DNA from: Mobula hypostoma
Lineage: Eukaryota
Assembly: GCF_963921235.1 (NCBI RefSeq)
Contig: NC_086097.1
Span: 68,696,001-68,760,000, forward strand
Length of the DNA: 64,000 nucleotides
Direction: 5' to 3'
Shown: piece by piece, positions 62,359 through 64,000 of the stretch
Layout of the letters: each line of letters starts with the position of its first letter
Position numbering within the stretch: position 1 is the first letter of the stretch
Notes under the pieces: generated by a model
Database searches by the model: none
What the model was told of the DNA's origin: nothing
Seen by the model: only the letters and a program-made list of their open reading frames with translations
Made by a program: the position numbers and the translations under genes

Positions 62359-62853
62359 AGTCGATATCTGAAAATTGGGAGGACTCCATAAAGTCCTGTC
62401 ACTCATCATCATCATCTTTGACCATCGGCAATCTGGTTTTCACAGGCATACTGTTTCTATTTGGCTACTGTAAGTTGTACCCAGTGTGTAGAAGAATGGT
62501 AGAGTTTGGGTAGTGCAGAGGGGCTGATATGATGTGGGGAGGATAAAATGGTTAAGGGCAAAATTATTAGTAAGATGGGTTATTGATGTTGGTATAGAGC
62601 AAGGGACCTGTTTCTGTCCTAAATCTCTCCACAGCAATCATGATGGCAAATGCACAGCCTTTTCAATGAGATTCCTTCTTCTCCTCTGACAAAATGGTCA
62701 CCCAACAACCACAATATGATGCCAATCAGAAAGCTGGTAGAAGCCCATTTTCAGTGCAATAAATAGATAGAGTACTAACAATATCAAATGGTGCAGTAAT
62801 AAATAGACTTTTTTCTCCAATCAGTAAAAGCCAAGCAAAGGACTTTATGTCAG

Positions 62854-62989
62854 TCACAGATAAGAGAAAATCTGCAGATGCTGGAAATCCAGGCAAAACA
62901 CACAAAATGCTGGAGGAACTCAGCAGGCTGGAGAGCATCTATGGAAAAAAGTATAGTCGACATTTCAGGCTGAGACCCTTCATCAGGCA
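62854..62989 (-). mobile_element. Solo Penelope terminal-repeat unit with hammerhead core
   Basis: Minus strand C-CTGATGA-AGGGTCTCAGCCT-GAAA-TG-TC-GAC; flanked by the direct repeat GACTTTATGTCAG (62841-62853, 62990-63002). Confidence 0.8.
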
Positions 62990-63039
62990 GACTTTATGTC
63001 AGATAAGACTTTTCCTTTGGCTTCTGCAATTTATCTCAG

Positions 63040-63825
63040 CCTGACGCTATTCACGCTGCGGATGCATGACTGCATTGCTAGATCCAGTTCAAACAGAATC
63101 GTCAAGTTCATTGATGACACAACAATTCTTTCTTGTACAACTGGATCCTGGATTTCCTCACTTACAGACCCCAGTTAGTTCAGATTGGCAACAGCATTTC
63201 CTCAATAATCACCATCAGCACAGGCGCACCACAATGTTGTGTGCTTAGTTCCCTGCCCTACTTGCTTTATACTTAAAACTCTGATGCTAAGTACAACTCC
63301 AATGCCATATTTGTTTGCTGACAACACCACTATTGTTGGCCAGATCAAAGCTGGTGTCAGTCAACATATAGGAGGGAGATTAAAAATCTGGCTGACTGAT
63401 GCCACAACAACAATCTCTCACTCAATGTCAGCAAAAACCAAAGAGCTCATTATTGACTACAGGAAGAGAAAACTGGAAGTCCATGAGCCAGTCCTCATTG
63501 GGGGTCAGAGGTGGAGTGGTTCAGTAACTTTAAATTCCTCTGTGTTATCATTTCAGATCATCTATCCCGGATTTAGCATGCAAGTGCCATTATAAAGAAG
63601 GTACAGCAGAGCCGCTACCTTCTTAGAAGTTTACAAAGATTTGGCATATCTTCTAAAACTTTGACAAACTTGCATCTTTGCCCAGTGGAGAGTACACTGA
63701 CTGATCACATCACAGCCTAATATGAAAACACCAATGTCTTTGAATGAAAAACTCCATAAAAAGTAGCACATACAGCCCAGTCCATCACAGGTAAGGACCT
63801 TCCTCAACATTAAGCACAGTTACTT
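63040..63825 (+). mobile_element. Rex-like LINE fragment(s)
   Basis: [42 protein letters not shown]. Confidence 0.85.
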
Positions 63826-63834
63826 ACTTAATCA

Positions 63835-63948
63835 CTTGTTTGTTTGTTTCTTTCTTTATTTATTGAGTTACAGCGTGGAATAGGCCCTTTGGGCTCTTTG
63901 AGCCACGCTGTCCAGCAATTCACCAATTTAATCCTAGCATATTCACAG
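63835..63948 (-). mobile_element. V-SINE 3' tail
   Basis: Matches 43586-43680; interrupted by the next SINE. Confidence 0.65.
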
Positions 63949-64000
63949 GTGCGTGGCCAAGTGGTTAAGGCGCTGGTCTAGTGATCTGAAGGTCACTAGT
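63949..64000 (+). mobile_element. tRNA-derived SINE head, cut by the window end
   Basis: A-box GCGTGGCCAAGTGGTTAAGGCG followed by tRNA-like arms; sits inside another SINE. Confidence 0.7.

Noticed and set aside
63949-64000. tRNA gene
   Set aside because: Truncated by the window and nested in another SINE; a SINE head is more likely.

Overview
Vertebrate genomic DNA, very probably a cartilaginous fish (ray/shark-type CR1, Rex-like, Penelope and V-SINE repeats; this is inferred, not searched). Two genes lie in tandem on the minus strand, in the same order as in mammals. The first is the 3' end of AKAP6 (mAKAP): a 3.6 kb exon at 40052-36414 carrying the PKA-RII helix, a probable extra 150-nt coding exon at 29550-29401, and a probable 3'UTR exon. 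The second is the 5' end of NPAS3: two alternative first coding exons at 18071-17920 and 15237-15188, both ending CG|GT, inside a roughly 7 kb domain that retains CpGs. The rest is intronic or intergenic and rich in transposable elements: CR1 and Rex-like LINEs, a decayed Gypsy with a nested Nimb/I LINE, Tigger elements, mariner fold-back MITEs, and SINEs. Most notable: (1) dispersed Penelope terminal-repeat units carrying minimal type-I hammerhead ribozymes, one with an apparently intact core (53655-53692); (2) a Tigger4/Zombi-like element that resembles the mammalian one even in its non-coding part (candidate horizontal transfer); (3) the candidate extra AKAP6 exon; (4) mariner MITEs with nested TIRs and a different palindromic architecture in each copy. 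Homology calls rest on recalled sequences, since no database search was run.
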